A stretch of 64,000 bases of DNA from Candidatus Melainabacteria bacterium 17Bon1m (GCA_032128875.1 JAVLKG010000009.1:96001-160000); one strand, 5' to 3'. Positions 1 through 10,668 are shown, counted from the stretch's first letter. Notes: generated from the letters alone by a model not told the origin. Numbers and translations: made by a program.

Positions 1-799
1 CGACAATCTCTTCTAAAGAGCCGTCGCCGTGGCTGGCAACGAGGCATTGCGGGACGAAGCGCACTTGCAGCCCCAGCGCTTTGACACTGGTCGTTAAGGA
101 GAGATCATCATCGGCTGCGCGGTCCCAGCTTTCGGCGACTCGCGCCTGCTTGAAAGTGTCACGTTTGATAGCCATCGCCCCGCCCCAGGCAAAGGCATAT
201 TTCTCGCTGCCCATCTCCCAGGCCGTGACGCGGTTCCACATGGAGCGCAGCACGGAGGGCAAATCGCCTTTGAATGGTATGTAAAAACGATATCCAGTTG
301 TTGCACCCACACCGGGTTGCGACAGGGGGGCGACCAGATAGCGCAGCATATTGTTGCGGGCAATAACGTCCGAATCCACGAATACGATTGCTTCTGTGCG
401 ATCGCTGATGACCTGAAGTGCTGCCAGCTGGTTATTGATTTTCTGTCCGCGTTGGCTATTGACGCCGGCTACGACGATTTTTGTCTCGACTAAGTCGATG
501 GTCTTACGTATCTCTTCTATCGCCCCGTAAGCCGGGTCGTCAGCCGAAGCGACCGTGAAGATCACTTCAAACTGCGCCTTTCCATCTTTCACATAGTCCT
601 GGTCGAGCAGTTTGCGCAGGTTGTCTTTGAAGCCCGGATCAAGTCCTTTGCACGGCAGAATCACCGATATAGGCGGCAGGTAGTCGGCCGGCGGCTTGTC
701 GATTTCTTTCAGGACATAGCTGAAAAGCTGATTGAAAGCCTTTGTCTGGACAACGAGCGCGACAACGGTGATAAGGCAAAGGATGACGACTAAGATCAT
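1..799 (-). CDS. Glycosyltransferase family 2/21 (ceramide glucosyltransferase/HpnI-like), 3' end outside the window
   Basis: My translation of the minus strand from ATG at 799: MILVVILCLITVVALVV (TM)...ISVILPCKGLD...KINNQL...VFVDSDV (DxD)...AWGGAMAI...ADDDLSL; the frame stays open to the window edge. Confidence 0.85.
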   Translation of the reverse strand, partial: MILVVILCLITVVALVVQTKAFNQLFSYVLKEIDKPPADYLPPISVILPCKGLDPGFKDNLRKLLDQDYVKDGKAQFEVIFTVASADDPAYGAIEEIRKTIDLVETKIVVAGVNSQRGQKINNQLAALQVISDRTEAIVFVDSDVIARNNMLRYLVAPLSQPGVGATTGYRFYIPFKGDLPSVLRSMWNRVTAWEMGSEKYAFAWGGAMAIKRDTFKQARVAESWDRAADDDLSLTTSVKALGLQVRFVPQCLVASHGDGSLEEIV

Positions 800-822
800 G
801 ATGCTGGACTAGACCGGTCTTT

Positions 823-847
823 GTGGGGACGACGCAAGGCGTCGCCC
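823..847 (+). repeat. REP-like palindrome (GTGG-foot variant)
   Basis: gtggggacgacgcaaggcgtcgccc matches the dispersed family consensus. Confidence 0.6.
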
Positions 848-942
848 GATTTGATCATCCAGGTAATGCGGCCCATCACCTGTTTTAAATAACCGAGCAA
901 GTATAGTGCTAGACTTGCCCTGCTTTCCAGCCGGTGGCAGTC

Positions 943-2625
943 ATGTTTCGTCCACTTTTGTATAAAACGTTCTACACGCTCGGCAAGCGGGAAGTCGCAA
1001 GATTTGACCGCGACTCTCAAGCTGTCGATGCAACCCAAAGCCGCCACCTGCTTGATATTATCCAGCGCAATGCGGCAAGCGCTTTCGGCAAGAAGCACGG
1101 TTTCAGCAGCATTCAGTCGGTCAGTGACTTTCAAAATGCAGTGGCAATTAATGATTATGATTCGCTAAGCGAATACGTCAATCGCGCCGCAGCAGGAGAG
1201 AAGAGTCAGCTCACAGTCGAAGATCCTTTCATGTTTGCGACGACCAGCGGTACCGCAGGCGAGCGCAAAATGATTCCCGTCACGAGATCCTACATAAAGG
1301 AATTTCGCCGTGCGTCTGTGGTTTCGGGTTTCAATCTACTAAAGAGCCATCCGAATCTTACTAAGGGAATTGCTCTGTCGGTTTTTTCCCCGGCAGAAGA
1401 AGGACGTACCGAGGGAGGCATTCCTTACGGCGCCATTTCCGGCCGCCTATATATGGAAGAGCCAAAACTAATCAAACGATTCATTTCGCCGATCCCCTAC
1501 GAAGTGTTTATCATCAAACATTATGAAAGCCGCTACTACGCGCTTTTGCGTCTGGCTTTGGCCTTGCCGGTGACGGTTATATATACACTCAATCCCAGTA
1601 CGATAGTCATGCTGGGCAAGCGATTGAAAATCTATGGCGAGCAACTTGTGCGTGATATCGCAGATGGTGCTATCAATCCGCCGCAGGCATTGCCGCATCA
1701 AGTTATGGAAGCCATCAAACCGTTTCTCAAGCCTAATCCCAAGCGTGCGGCCGAACTGGCAAAACTCCTGGAGCAAGACAAGTTTGACGCACAGAGTATT
1801 TGGCCAGATCTGTCATTGATATCGTGCTGGACCAAGGCCGCGGCATCGTTTTACCTACAGGACCTGCCGGCATACTTTGGTTCGACTCCCGTAGCTGACA
1901 TTACATATGGTGCCAGCGAAGGAAGAGGAACCGTCAATCTGGGCGAGGGGCGGCAGGCGCTTTCCATTCGTTCTCACTTTTTCGAATTCGTCGCAGTCGA
2001 CGATTGGGAAGCCGGCAATAAGAAAGCTCTGCTGTGCCACGAGCTGGAAGTCGGGCGCGAGTACTACATTCTCTTCACCACGTCGGGTGGACTCTATCGC
2101 TATCACATCAACGACATCGTCAAAGTGGTCGGCTGGTACAACCGCACCCCATTAATCGAGTTTCTCCATAAAGGCGGCAATATTTCTTCGTTTACCGGGG
2201 AGAAGCTTACCGAATCGCAAGTGACCGAAGCTATGCTCGCGGCTCAAAAGGAGCTGAGCTTCAGGGCGCGTTTCTTCACTCTCATCCCTGTTTTTCGTCC
2301 AGAGCCTCATTACGAGCTTTATTTGGAGTTCGATGGTCCGGCCGTATCTGACGAAACGGCACTGGCGAAGGCTTTTGACCGCCATTTGAGTCGCCTCAAT
2401 ATCGAATACGAGGCGAAAAGAGAATCCCATCGACTGACTGACATTAAGGTAGTCAGGCTTCCGGCCGAATCATATGAGCGCCTGCGCAAAGAACTGGTCG
2501 GTCAAGGAGTGCCCGATGCCCAGATCAAAGTTAGCCACTTGAACCCGAAGGACCAGATCCGGCAAATGATTCAGGGGTTTGAAGAACTCGGCTCAACGGC
2601 TGTAAGCCCCATGGGCTCACATTAA
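943..2625 (+). CDS. GH3 auxin-responsive family acyl-acid amido synthetase-like protein
   Basis: Motifs TTSGTAGERKMIP, YGASEG, GGLYRYHINDIVKV, GEKLTE; alternative GTG start at 934. Confidence 0.9.
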   Translation: MFRPLLYKTFYTLGKREVARFDRDSQAVDATQSRHLLDIIQRNAASAFGKKHGFSSIQSVSDFQNAVAINDYDSLSEYVNRAAAGEKSQLTVEDPFMFATTSGTAGERKMIPVTRSYIKEFRRASVVSGFNLLKSHPNLTKGIALSVFSPAEEGRTEGGIPYGAISGRLYMEEPKLIKRFISPIPYEVFIIKHYESRYYALLRLALALPVTVIYTLNPSTIVMLGKRLKIYGEQLVRDIADGAINPPQALPHQVMEAIKPFLKPNPKRAAELAKLLEQDKFDAQSIWPDLSLISCWTKAAASFYLQDLPAYFGSTPVADITYGASEGRGTVNLGEGRQALSIRSHFFEFVAVDDWEAGNKKALLCHELEVGREYYILFTTSGGLYRYHINDIVKVVGWYNRTPLIEFLHKGGNISSFTGEKLTESQVTEAMLAAQKELSFRARFFTLIPVFRPEPHYELYLEFDGPAVSDETALAKAFDRHLSRLNIEYEAKRESHRLTDIKVVRLPAESYERLRKELVGQGVPDAQIKVSHLNPKDQIRQMIQGFEELGSTAVSPMGSH

Positions 2626-2730
2626 TCGCACTTAAGTATCCAACCTCCTAAGTAGTTTTCCCAGTGACTTGTCAGGTGGAGTACTTAATAATGATCATGC
2701 TTGGGCTTCCGTATAAGAAATTGAATACCT

Positions 2731-4638
2731 ATGAAACGAGTATCCGACTTGGAATCAAAGGAAACTCTCGGGGATACAGATATTGCATCCTCGGAAACAA
2801 AGGTTGTGGGCCTTTTTAAATCGCGTTCGACTCAAGAGCCGATCACAGAATGCTCTCCGCCGCCACTCTTCTCTTCACCGCCTCCTGGTAGTGAGCCTGA
2901 AGTTCAGTCAGGTTCGCCCCCCGGCAAGGCCGTGGGAAATTTCCTGCTGTGGCGAGCGAAGGGACTGCCCCCACTGACCACGGGCGACGAATTGCCGGAC
3001 GACACGGTCTATGTCGGTCCGCTCAATAAATTGCCGAGTCGCTCGGATTCGTCCGATTCGATTCGCGAAATCGACCCTGATTTTCTTGCTGCCGAAATCA
3101 AGGCGAAGCGCAAAGAGAAAGCTAAAGAAAGAATTGCCGGCTTGTCGTCGAATTTGACGCCTGCCACCACAGATAGTGACCAACCCGAAGACCAAAAGAG
3201 TTGGCGTCAAGCCCTTGCTGGGGGTGTTTCCTCACGCAGAGCGGCGGCGCGCTGGTGGACATTGTCGGAGGAAAACGCTCGCTATCTTTCGAGCGACCCG
3301 GAAGTCTCGGTCCGTGAAGCTGTTGCCGGCAACCCGAGTTGCCCTCCAGAAGCTCTAGGGCGACTTGCGCAGGATCGCGTGGTCAATATTCGCAGGATGG
3401 TTGCTTCGAATCTGAGTACGACACCTGAGCTATTGGTTCTCCTCGCCTATGACGTGGAATCAGCGGTTCGATTGGAAGTGGCGAAACATCCACTCTCGCC
3501 GCCGCCTGCTTTGCATACGCTGGCAGCAGATTCAGATGCGTCAATTCGAGAAGCTATAGCCATGCATCCGATGGCCGATGTGCATTTGTTGAATGCTCTG
3601 GCATCCGATGACAGTTTGCGCGTCAGGCGCGCTGTGGCGATGAACGCTTCTTTGCCGAAGAACGCAGCCGAAAAGCTTTCTCAAGACAATGAAGTGAGCG
3701 TCAAACAACTTTTGTCGTCTAATGCAACGGTCGATCAGGACACTCTGTATCGTTTGACCTTTGAAAAGGATCTATACGTCCGGCGCAACCTGGCTGACAA
3801 TCCGGGTTTGGCACCTGAGGCTTTGAACAGGCTGAGCGATGATGCCGATCGTTTGATCAAAATTATGCTCATTCTCAATCCTTCTCGAACGCCGCATATA
3901 GTCGACAAATTGTCGAGAGATAGCGACCAAGACATTCGCATATTGTGCGCTCGCTGCGAAGATGCATCTGCTGAAGTGCTCGAGGCGCTAAGCTCGGATA
4001 CGAGCATGGAAGTGCGATTGTGGGTGGCGCGAAATTTTTCGACGCCGCTAAAGACTCTGGAAAAACTCGCTAAAGATCCGCATGTGGAAGTTCGTCAGGC
4101 AGTCGCGGACAATCGCGCAGTCTGGGAATCCGCCGCAACGCGCAGTGCGGTGCTCGGGTACTTAAGCGGAGACAAGTCGGTGTTTGTGCGTCGCGTGAAG
4201 CGAAGCCGCTCACCGCTGGCTGAGGAGATGCTCAATAATCTTTGCGATGACAGCAATAAATTTGTGCGCATGGTTGTAGCGCAAGACACAAATGCATCCG
4301 ATGATGCGCTGACAAAGCTTGCATCTGACGAGCTTGTCGATGTCAGAATGCGGGTCGCTGCCAATCACGGCGCGTCACCGAAAACGCTGGCTCGACTGGC
4401 GCAGGATAAGGAGTTTCGCGTGAGAGTGCAAGTTGCTGCAAACAATTATGCACCGATGGTGGCACTGCGAATTCTAGCGAAAGACGCTGATCCGTATATT
4501 CGACTTGTGGCGGCAGACAATCGCTGCATTCCTGACGATTCGCTCGAAGCACTCTGCCTCGATTATGATCGCTGGGTGCGCAAAGCGGCGCGCGCCGAAT
4601 TCGATCGCCGCGTTCAGTTACGCAGTCAGATTATTTAG
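2731..4638 (+). CDS. Leucine-rich-repeat-variant (LRV)/HEAT-like repeat protein with disordered N-terminus
   Basis: Many ~24-aa repeats of the form L..LA.D....VR..VA.N. Confidence 0.85.
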   Translation: MKRVSDLESKETLGDTDIASSETKVVGLFKSRSTQEPITECSPPPLFSSPPPGSEPEVQSGSPPGKAVGNFLLWRAKGLPPLTTGDELPDDTVYVGPLNKLPSRSDSSDSIREIDPDFLAAEIKAKRKEKAKERIAGLSSNLTPATTDSDQPEDQKSWRQALAGGVSSRRAAARWWTLSEENARYLSSDPEVSVREAVAGNPSCPPEALGRLAQDRVVNIRRMVASNLSTTPELLVLLAYDVESAVRLEVAKHPLSPPPALHTLAADSDASIREAIAMHPMADVHLLNALASDDSLRVRRAVAMNASLPKNAAEKLSQDNEVSVKQLLSSNATVDQDTLYRLTFEKDLYVRRNLADNPGLAPEALNRLSDDADRLIKIMLILNPSRTPHIVDKLSRDSDQDIRILCARCEDASAEVLEALSSDTSMEVRLWVARNFSTPLKTLEKLAKDPHVEVRQAVADNRAVWESAATRSAVLGYLSGDKSVFVRRVKRSRSPLAEEMLNNLCDDSNKFVRMVVAQDTNASDDALTKLASDELVDVRMRVAANHGASPKTLARLAQDKEFRVRVQVAANNYAPMVALRILAKDADPYIRLVAADNRCIPDDSLEALCLDYDRWVRKAARAEFDRRVQLRSQII

Positions 4639-4643
4639 CGCAG

Positions 4644-4756
4644 CGTGTGGTCGCATTGCATGCGACCAAAAGTATTCATCGGTCGACGCATGGCGTCGAG
4701 CCTACACTAAAAGCGCAGTTCCACCGAAAAGGGCGTGTGCAACACGCTCCCACGAT
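4644..4756. repeat. Cluster of three REP-like palindromes between convergent genes
   Basis: tggtcgca-ttgca-tgcgacca (4648-4668), ggtcgacgcatggcgtcgagcctac (4681-4705), gggcgtgtgcaacacgctcccacgat (4731-4756). Confidence 0.75.
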
Positions 4757-4761
4757 CTTTA

Positions 4762-5880
4762 TTAGCTTTGCAGACCCAGTACGTTCTTGATGCCGTACGC
4801 GATTATGTTCGGATTGTTCTTCAAGCGGCGGCGGCAGTATGGACCAGCCACTTTATCTTTGCCGTATGGCAAATACATGCGAACAATCGCGCCGGTTTGA
4901 GCAAGTTGTAATGCGTGCTTCTCGTCTTCGCCGGTAAGTCCGATCGACAGTTCGCTAAAGTAAGAACCGTTGACCAACGCATCTTGCAGCTTTGCCCGCG
5001 GGACGCCGAGCAAGAATTGAAACTCGAATTGAGATGACTTCAACTTGAGCGGCAACACCACTTTGTTGACAAAGTTGTCGACGCACTTAGTGTCGTGTGA
5101 GGCGAGTTCTAAATAGACGCCTTGATGCGCCAATTCGCGGCTGTAGCGCACTGCCAGTTCTTTCATGATTGGCTTTTCTGTGTGCGCAATTGCGGCCGGT
5201 TCTTGATAGATGCCTATGACCATGCGCACGCGCATGCCTTCTTCAAAGCGCGCGATATCCTTTTCCGTACGGAACATGCGCGATTGAATTACCGTGCCGA
5301 GGTTCTTATATCCGGCTTTATACAGAGCGAAGTAAGACTCGAGATGGAAATTAGTCCAACGATGATCTTCTGCTTCCAGCGTCATGTCGACGCCACGTTG
5401 GAATGCGTAGTCGACGATTTTGTTGATGCGATCGAACGCGGCTTCCAAAGCTTTTTCGCTTTCTTTGCCCGGCGCCGGTGGCATCGTGCTGAACATGGAT
5501 GGTTTGAATGAGATGGTCATGCGCTCGCGGCGGTTCGTCGCGTGCAGTTGGTTGGCGTTTACTTCGTCAACCAGGCTCATGTAGGTGGTGACGTAGCGCT
5601 CGCAGTCTTCGACTGTCGTGGCATCTTCACCAAGAATGTCGAGGGTGCCCGTGAATTTGCGGGACTTATAGATTTCGTGCGCTTTCTTGATAGCGTCTGC
5701 GGATGTTTGACCAGCCAGATATGGCTTTGCCAGGAACATAACCAGAGGCAATGGGATGGTGTCGAATAACGACTTCTTTTGATTAATGGCTGGGGTTACC
5801 GGTTGAGTAGTATGCAAGTTTAAGTGTAAGTCTGAGCCCGATACGAGTTTTTCTGGTCTTACAGGCAATTTTACTGTCAT
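4762..5880 (-). CDS. Monofunctional proline dehydrogenase
   Basis: AKPYLAG, TLDILGE, ISFKPS, TLEAED, GTVIQS, LASHD, FEFQFLLGV, YLPYG...YCRRRL..NP; ATG at 5880 preferred over 5985. Confidence 0.88.
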   Translation of the reverse strand: MTVKLPVRPEKLVSGSDLHLNLHTTQPVTPAINQKKSLFDTIPLPLVMFLAKPYLAGQTSADAIKKAHEIYKSRKFTGTLDILGEDATTVEDCERYVTTYMSLVDEVNANQLHATNRRERMTISFKPSMFSTMPPAPGKESEKALEAAFDRINKIVDYAFQRGVDMTLEAEDHRWTNFHLESYFALYKAGYKNLGTVIQSRMFRTEKDIARFEEGMRVRMVIGIYQEPAAIAHTEKPIMKELAVRYSRELAHQGVYLELASHDTKCVDNFVNKVVLPLKLKSSQFEFQFLLGVPRAKLQDALVNGSYFSELSIGLTGEDEKHALQLAQTGAIVRMYLPYGKDKVAGPYCRRRLKNNPNIIAYGIKNVLGLQS

Positions 5881-6144
5881 AGGTTTTCCGGGCGCTCCTA
5901 ATTTGAAGAGGCGACAAAGGTGAAAACGGCATACGGGCTTGGGCTGGCGAATTTTTTCAACCCGTGTGAAGAGGTGAATGAACACGCCGTCCGAGAATTA
6001 TAGGATCTCAAGTAGTCTTTCTGTGGTTATGTATCAAAAGAGTTTATTTATTGATCAGTTAATGAGTTTGATTCGAGCCAAAGAATTACCAGTCCTTAGA
6101 CCGGGTGGCGGAAAAACCTCACGGGCGCCGGAAAAGCTCAAAAA

Positions 6145-7425
6145 TTAGTTGGACGTGTCTATCCCGGCAAACGGCCCATAGACCGAAAGCATAGGCACCC
6201 GTCTGGCTTGAGCGGCTAACAAGTTGTCCAAATCGTCCGGCAGACGTGTGAGCTGAATCAAATAGTTGTTCTCATTGCCGATCTGTCCGCGCGGGAAAAA
6301 TATAGCGCCGCGGCAGCCTGTCCCTGATAAAGCACCCACCTGCACGCGACCGGACGGCAAATAGCGCACCGAATAGGTCGGACCTTTCAAGCGATCGGTC
6401 TTGTGCTTCTTATATAGGAGTTGCGCCAGAGATATGATCTGCGAGTCTTGGCTGACGAGAAATTGCGGAATGACCGCCAGGATTATGTCCGCCTTGCCGG
6501 TCCGTCCTTTTGAGCCGACTATGATTTCAACTCCATCGGCGTCAGGTACGAATTTTGCCCAGGTGTACGCTACATCTTTTGCATCGGTTTCTCGAGGGCG
6601 TTTGAAGGCCTGCTCGAAAGCGAAGAAGTCATCGCCAAGTCCAGCGACATTAGTTTGAGCAAGAAGGCGGCTCAGCCCCGTTCGATTGATGGTTGTCGGC
6701 GTTTTCGGAGGAGCCGGTCTGTCCGGTGCTCTGTCTGGCTTGAGAGAACCCGCAGTGGCGACCAGAGGTTTGACTGGTTCTCTGCGTGTTTCTTTTGTTT
6801 CCTTCGTCTCTTTGGGACGCTTGGACGGCTCATTCTGCGCAGCCGTTTGCCGCGAAATAATCCTGCGCCCCTGGTCGTTGCGCAGTTTTTCCATGGCCTC
6901 TTCGTCAGTCATCGTGATGCGATCGATACGCGTCACGACCAAATCCTGAGTCGCGTCGTCATTGCTGGTTCCGGCACGGCACATCACTTTGCACTCGATG
7001 CGCGGCCATTGATCCTTATCAATTGGAAGCTCGTAGGGAGTGGGTCCACGCAGTTTGATGAACTTCTGCTGGTTGCGGTGAAACTCTCCATCCCACTCGT
7101 CACGAGCCACTTGCGTGTAGCCGTTGCGAAGATCCAGAAAGCGTCCTTGAAACCGAATAAGCACTCCACTCAAGTCTCGGCTGCTGGAGTTTTCAATCAA
7201 AAGACCGACAGCCGGATGATAACCAGTCGCGTCGTGCGACCACCACGTCAAAACAGATTGCGGGCTCAGGCGCGCCACGCGCTGCTCTGCGTAGCCATCA
7301 TCGGAGCCACCGTAAGAAAATGCCTTCTGTCCTTCAGGAGCAACAGAAGCAAAGAAGCCAGTTAGTACCGAAAGTGAAAGAGCGACTAAGCTATGGAATC
7401 GCTTATTATGGCTAGGTTTGCGCAT
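6145..7425 (-). CDS. Hypothetical exported protein
   Basis: Long ORF; basic N-terminus plus hydrophobic stretch (signal peptide-like) from ATG 7425; central Pro/Lys-rich linker; start uncertain (up to 7491). Confidence 0.65.
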   Translation of the reverse strand: MRKPSHNKRFHSLVALSLSVLTGFFASVAPEGQKAFSYGGSDDGYAEQRVARLSPQSVLTWWSHDATGYHPAVGLLIENSSSRDLSGVLIRFQGRFLDLRNGYTQVARDEWDGEFHRNQQKFIKLRGPTPYELPIDKDQWPRIECKVMCRAGTSNDDATQDLVVTRIDRITMTDEEAMEKLRNDQGRRIISRQTAAQNEPSKRPKETKETKETRREPVKPLVATAGSLKPDRAPDRPAPPKTPTTINRTGLSRLLAQTNVAGLGDDFFAFEQAFKRPRETDAKDVAYTWAKFVPDADGVEIIVGSKGRTGKADIILAVIPQFLVSQDSQIISLAQLLYKKHKTDRLKGPTYSVRYLPSGRVQVGALSGTGCRGAIFFPRGQIGNENNYLIQLTRLPDDLDNLLAAQARRVPMLSVYGPFAGIDTSN

Positions 7426-7548
7426 TTTTGATGTGTGCGATTGCGCACTGAGCATGTGGGCAAAAACTCCTGGACGCTGGCTGGAATCCAACCGAGTCTA
7501 TTGTGGCACACACTGAAGGGGCGGTGCTACGCAGGGGTTGTCACAAGT

Positions 7549-9177
7549 TCAGGCGGCAGCGATTTCTTGCAATGAAAGGGCTTTTCTAACTTGCGAAGCG
7601 CTGTCAATTCTCATCTCGGTGTCCTGGTAAGTCAGGCGTTCGACGAGTGAATTGAGCGTCGAGGAAATATGAGGACTTACAGACTTGGGCGAGCAAACCG
7701 TGAGCGGCTCCGGGTCTTGTCCCGTGAGAATGAAGTGCAGCAGCGCTCCCATTGAGTAAAAATCGCTCGCCGGCTCGGGGCGACCTCTAACTTGCTCGGG
7801 AGCCATATAAGGCGGTTTACCGACGCACATGGCATTGTCATTGAAATTTGGGACTTTAGCCAGATTGAAGTCGATTAACTTCAAGTTGCCGCTGTCATCA
7901 ATAATCAAATTGTCGGGTGTGAAATCTCGGTGCACTACTTGCGGTGCATGACCATGCAAATACTCAAGGATGGAACACATTTGCGTTGCAAGTTCTATAG
8001 CTCTCGATTCTTTGATTGGACCATTCGATGTAACGAACTCTCTGAGCGATGTGCCTGATACATGTTCGATCACTAGATAGCCACGAAAATCTTCAATGAA
8101 TGCGTCAACAACTCTGACTATCTGCCTGTGATTCAGTGACTTGAGCAACAGCGCTTCATGTTGAATTCGGGCGACTAATTCGCTCAGCAGCGCCGGGTTT
8201 TCAAATCCTGGAAGAATGAATTCTTTGAGAACCACGGTTTCGACGGCGCCATTATTTCCTTCGTTCAAAACCTTGTCGCACAAATATTGTACAGTCGCCA
8301 AATAGGCTGTTCCTTGCCCGCCTGATCCCAGTTTTTTCACAACCTGAAATCTCTCGCTGGCCAGAGATGCGCCGCGAGTCAGCTCGCCATCCCGCTTGCG
8401 GAGCTGCCGCTGATGCAGTGTGTCCATCCAGATGTCTGCATAACTTGTCGATTCAAGGAAGAAATTCTTTTCTTCAAGTTCGTTCGAGAGCGCATTGGGC
8501 GCGTGGCGTTTTATCATGGCAATTAAATTTGTCCGCAGTCTCTCATCGTTGAGGCAGCCTGCATCAAGTTCTATCTTCTTACCGTCGGTCGTTGCGAATG
8601 CAAGCAATTGCTCCTCTTTTCCATCAACAATGTTTCTTTTGATCGAAACCATCGCCAGTTCATACCATCTGATTGTTTTTTCGAAGGTGAAGACATTCAA
8701 CCAATTCTTTCTGACGATGATCGAATATTGGCTGATGCGCGCGGATGTTTGACCGTTTTTGATAAAACGCAATTTGAATACTTTGATCGCAGCAACAAAA
8801 GTCACCAGGATCGCAAAACACAGAATGGCTGCTTGCGGACCAGTAAACCAATAGGTCACGACCTCTGCAATGACTAAAAGGTTTATGAAGACGCTGGTTA
8901 TTACAAGAGCGAACCCAGTGATGGGACCTGGTGAGTGTCCATAACCTTTAGGTGTCAAAAGAGACATGATGAAGAAAATCTGAGCGCATGCAAACAAAAC
9001 ACCGCACATAAGCATCAAGACATTTCCCAAATACGGCAGTACTTTGCGCTGCCAAACATGCGTGAGGACAGCCATTGATTTATTCTCGTGCAGAGTAATA
9101 GCCAGCTCGCGTGGGGCTGACTGCTCGACAGTGTAGAGAGTTTCATTCGCGTTATCGCTTGACTGATTTTGCTTCAC
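7549..9177 (-). CDS. Membrane-anchored Hanks-type Ser/Thr protein kinase
   Basis: N-terminal TM helices; GSGGQG, VVLKE, HRDFTPDN, LIDFN, YMAPE; GTG at 9177 overlaps the upstream stop (GTGA). Confidence 0.9.
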   Translation of the reverse strand: MKQNQSSDNANETLYTVEQSAPRELAITLHENKSMAVLTHVWQRKVLPYLGNVLMLMCGVLFACAQIFFIMSLLTPKGYGHSPGPITGFALVITSVFINLLVIAEVVTYWFTGPQAAILCFAILVTFVAAIKVFKLRFIKNGQTSARISQYSIIVRKNWLNVFTFEKTIRWYELAMVSIKRNIVDGKEEQLLAFATTDGKKIELDAGCLNDERLRTNLIAMIKRHAPNALSNELEEKNFFLESTSYADIWMDTLHQRQLRKRDGELTRGASLASERFQVVKKLGSGGQGTAYLATVQYLCDKVLNEGNNGAVETVVLKEFILPGFENPALLSELVARIQHEALLLKSLNHRQIVRVVDAFIEDFRGYLVIEHVSGTSLREFVTSNGPIKESRAIELATQMCSILEYLHGHAPQVVHRDFTPDNLIIDDSGNLKLIDFNLAKVPNFNDNAMCVGKPPYMAPEQVRGRPEPASDFYSMGALLHFILTGQDPEPLTVCSPKSVSPHISSTLNSLVERLTYQDTEMRIDSASQVRKALSLQEIAAA

Positions 9178-10610
9178 ACTTCGCCTTCTCTGTAATAGCC
9201 AAGCATTTCGATGGTGCGCAAAGCTTGCTCGACCGACGGTCTTTCCTCTGAATGCTGGCTGGTCATCTGCATGATCAAATCGTTCATGTTGTCTGTGATT
9301 TGTGTGTTCAATAATTTTGGACAAGATTGCGTCAATGCTACCGGCTCTTTTCCGGTAAGCAGAAAGTGTGCCGTGCAGCCTAGCGAATAAATGTCGCTCT
9401 TCAATTCAGCTTTGCCCCGAAATTGCTCAGGCGCAATGTAGCCTTGCTTGCCTACTACTGTTCCTGTTGCGGTGCCGATAAACTCATTTGCCGCACCGAA
9501 ATCAATCAAAGCCAAAGTACCTTTCGGTCTAAAAACAATATTTTCAGGAGTCAGATCTCTGTGCACTACGGGTGGTGATTGTTCTTCCAAGTACCGCAAA
9601 ATTTCCAGAAGCTGACGCATCCATTGCGCAACTCTTCTTTCGGAAATAAAACCGCGCCGCGCAACCAGCCTGCGCAAGTCTTCACCCTGAATGTATTGCA
9701 AGGTCATGTAATGACGACCGTCTTCGACGAAGTGGTCGTAAATTCTTGCGATGTCCTGATGATTCAGTTTGGAAAGCAGCGCCGCTTCTTTTTTGAACAT
9801 TGCCAATGCTTTCGTTCTTGCGTCTTCGCTCAAACTATCCGCAACGACAAACTCTTTCAAAACAACAGGAGATCCATCCTGTTTCCTGGCCAGATATATT
9901 GCCGCCGAGCCGCCATAAGAGAGCGCTTTCTCGATTATGATTCCGGCGTTCAAGATTCGTCCCGGAAGCAGTGGAACATAAGTCGTCGCTCGATAACGCA
10001 GAGTCATTTCTGATTCCCAGAGCGAAGTGAAAGTGGAAATATCAATTGGAAATTTGGCTGCGTTTTCTGGGTTTCCCAGATCTTCCTTGTCTCTTTCGTC
10101 TGTCGGCGCTAACGTGCGAGACGCGATGAGCAGCTTATTCAGGTCGTCCTCAGACATTTCATCAGCTTCAAAAACCACAAAATTACCGTCGTGGAAATTT
10201 AGTTTTAGGCAGACGTTTTGCCCATCTCTTTTTATGAGCACTGACTTCTTCAATTCGCTCCACATTCTATTGCGGTGGCAGTAAAACTGAACACACAGTG
10301 AAAGCGGCAGCACGAGACCTTGCCGAGATACGATAATGCGATCGTCTAAGAAAATGAGCAACAGCAGGCAGCCGGCGAGTATCGTTGCAATCGGTGCTAC
10401 CACCCGTGAAGCAAGAGTGAGCAGAGCTTCCTCTATCGACCAGAAGGCATGGGCGGTAGGCAGGGCTTGGACCAATGTCAGAACAAAAGGACCGAGGCAA
10501 GCAAAAATCCACACGACGGGGATTGCGCACCAGATTACTGCGCTGGCTTTGAGCACGCGAACCAGGGTTCTGCTCACCGATGTCGAGTAGCGAATAGAAA
10601 CAGTCTGCAC
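9174..10610 (-). CDS. Membrane-anchored Hanks-type Ser/Thr protein kinase
   Basis: Two TM helices; SYGGSA, VVLKE, HRDLTPEN, LIDFG, YIAPE, SDIYSLG. Confidence 0.9.
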   Translation of the reverse strand: MQTVSIRYSTSVSRTLVRVLKASAVIWCAIPVVWIFACLGPFVLTLVQALPTAHAFWSIEEALLTLASRVVAPIATILAGCLLLLIFLDDRIIVSRQGLVLPLSLCVQFYCHRNRMWSELKKSVLIKRDGQNVCLKLNFHDGNFVVFEADEMSEDDLNKLLIASRTLAPTDERDKEDLGNPENAAKFPIDISTFTSLWESEMTLRYRATTYVPLLPGRILNAGIIIEKALSYGGSAAIYLARKQDGSPVVLKEFVVADSLSEDARTKALAMFKKEAALLSKLNHQDIARIYDHFVEDGRHYMTLQYIQGEDLRRLVARRGFISERRVAQWMRQLLEILRYLEEQSPPVVHRDLTPENIVFRPKGTLALIDFGAANEFIGTATGTVVGKQGYIAPEQFRGKAELKSDIYSLGCTAHFLLTGKEPVALTQSCPKLLNTQITDNMNDLIMQMTSQHSEERPSVEQALRTIEMLGYYREGEV

Positions 10611-10668
10611 GGAAGAACCCCCACAGGAGGACCGCCTTCAGGCTTATAACGAGACTTGCAATCAGTCA

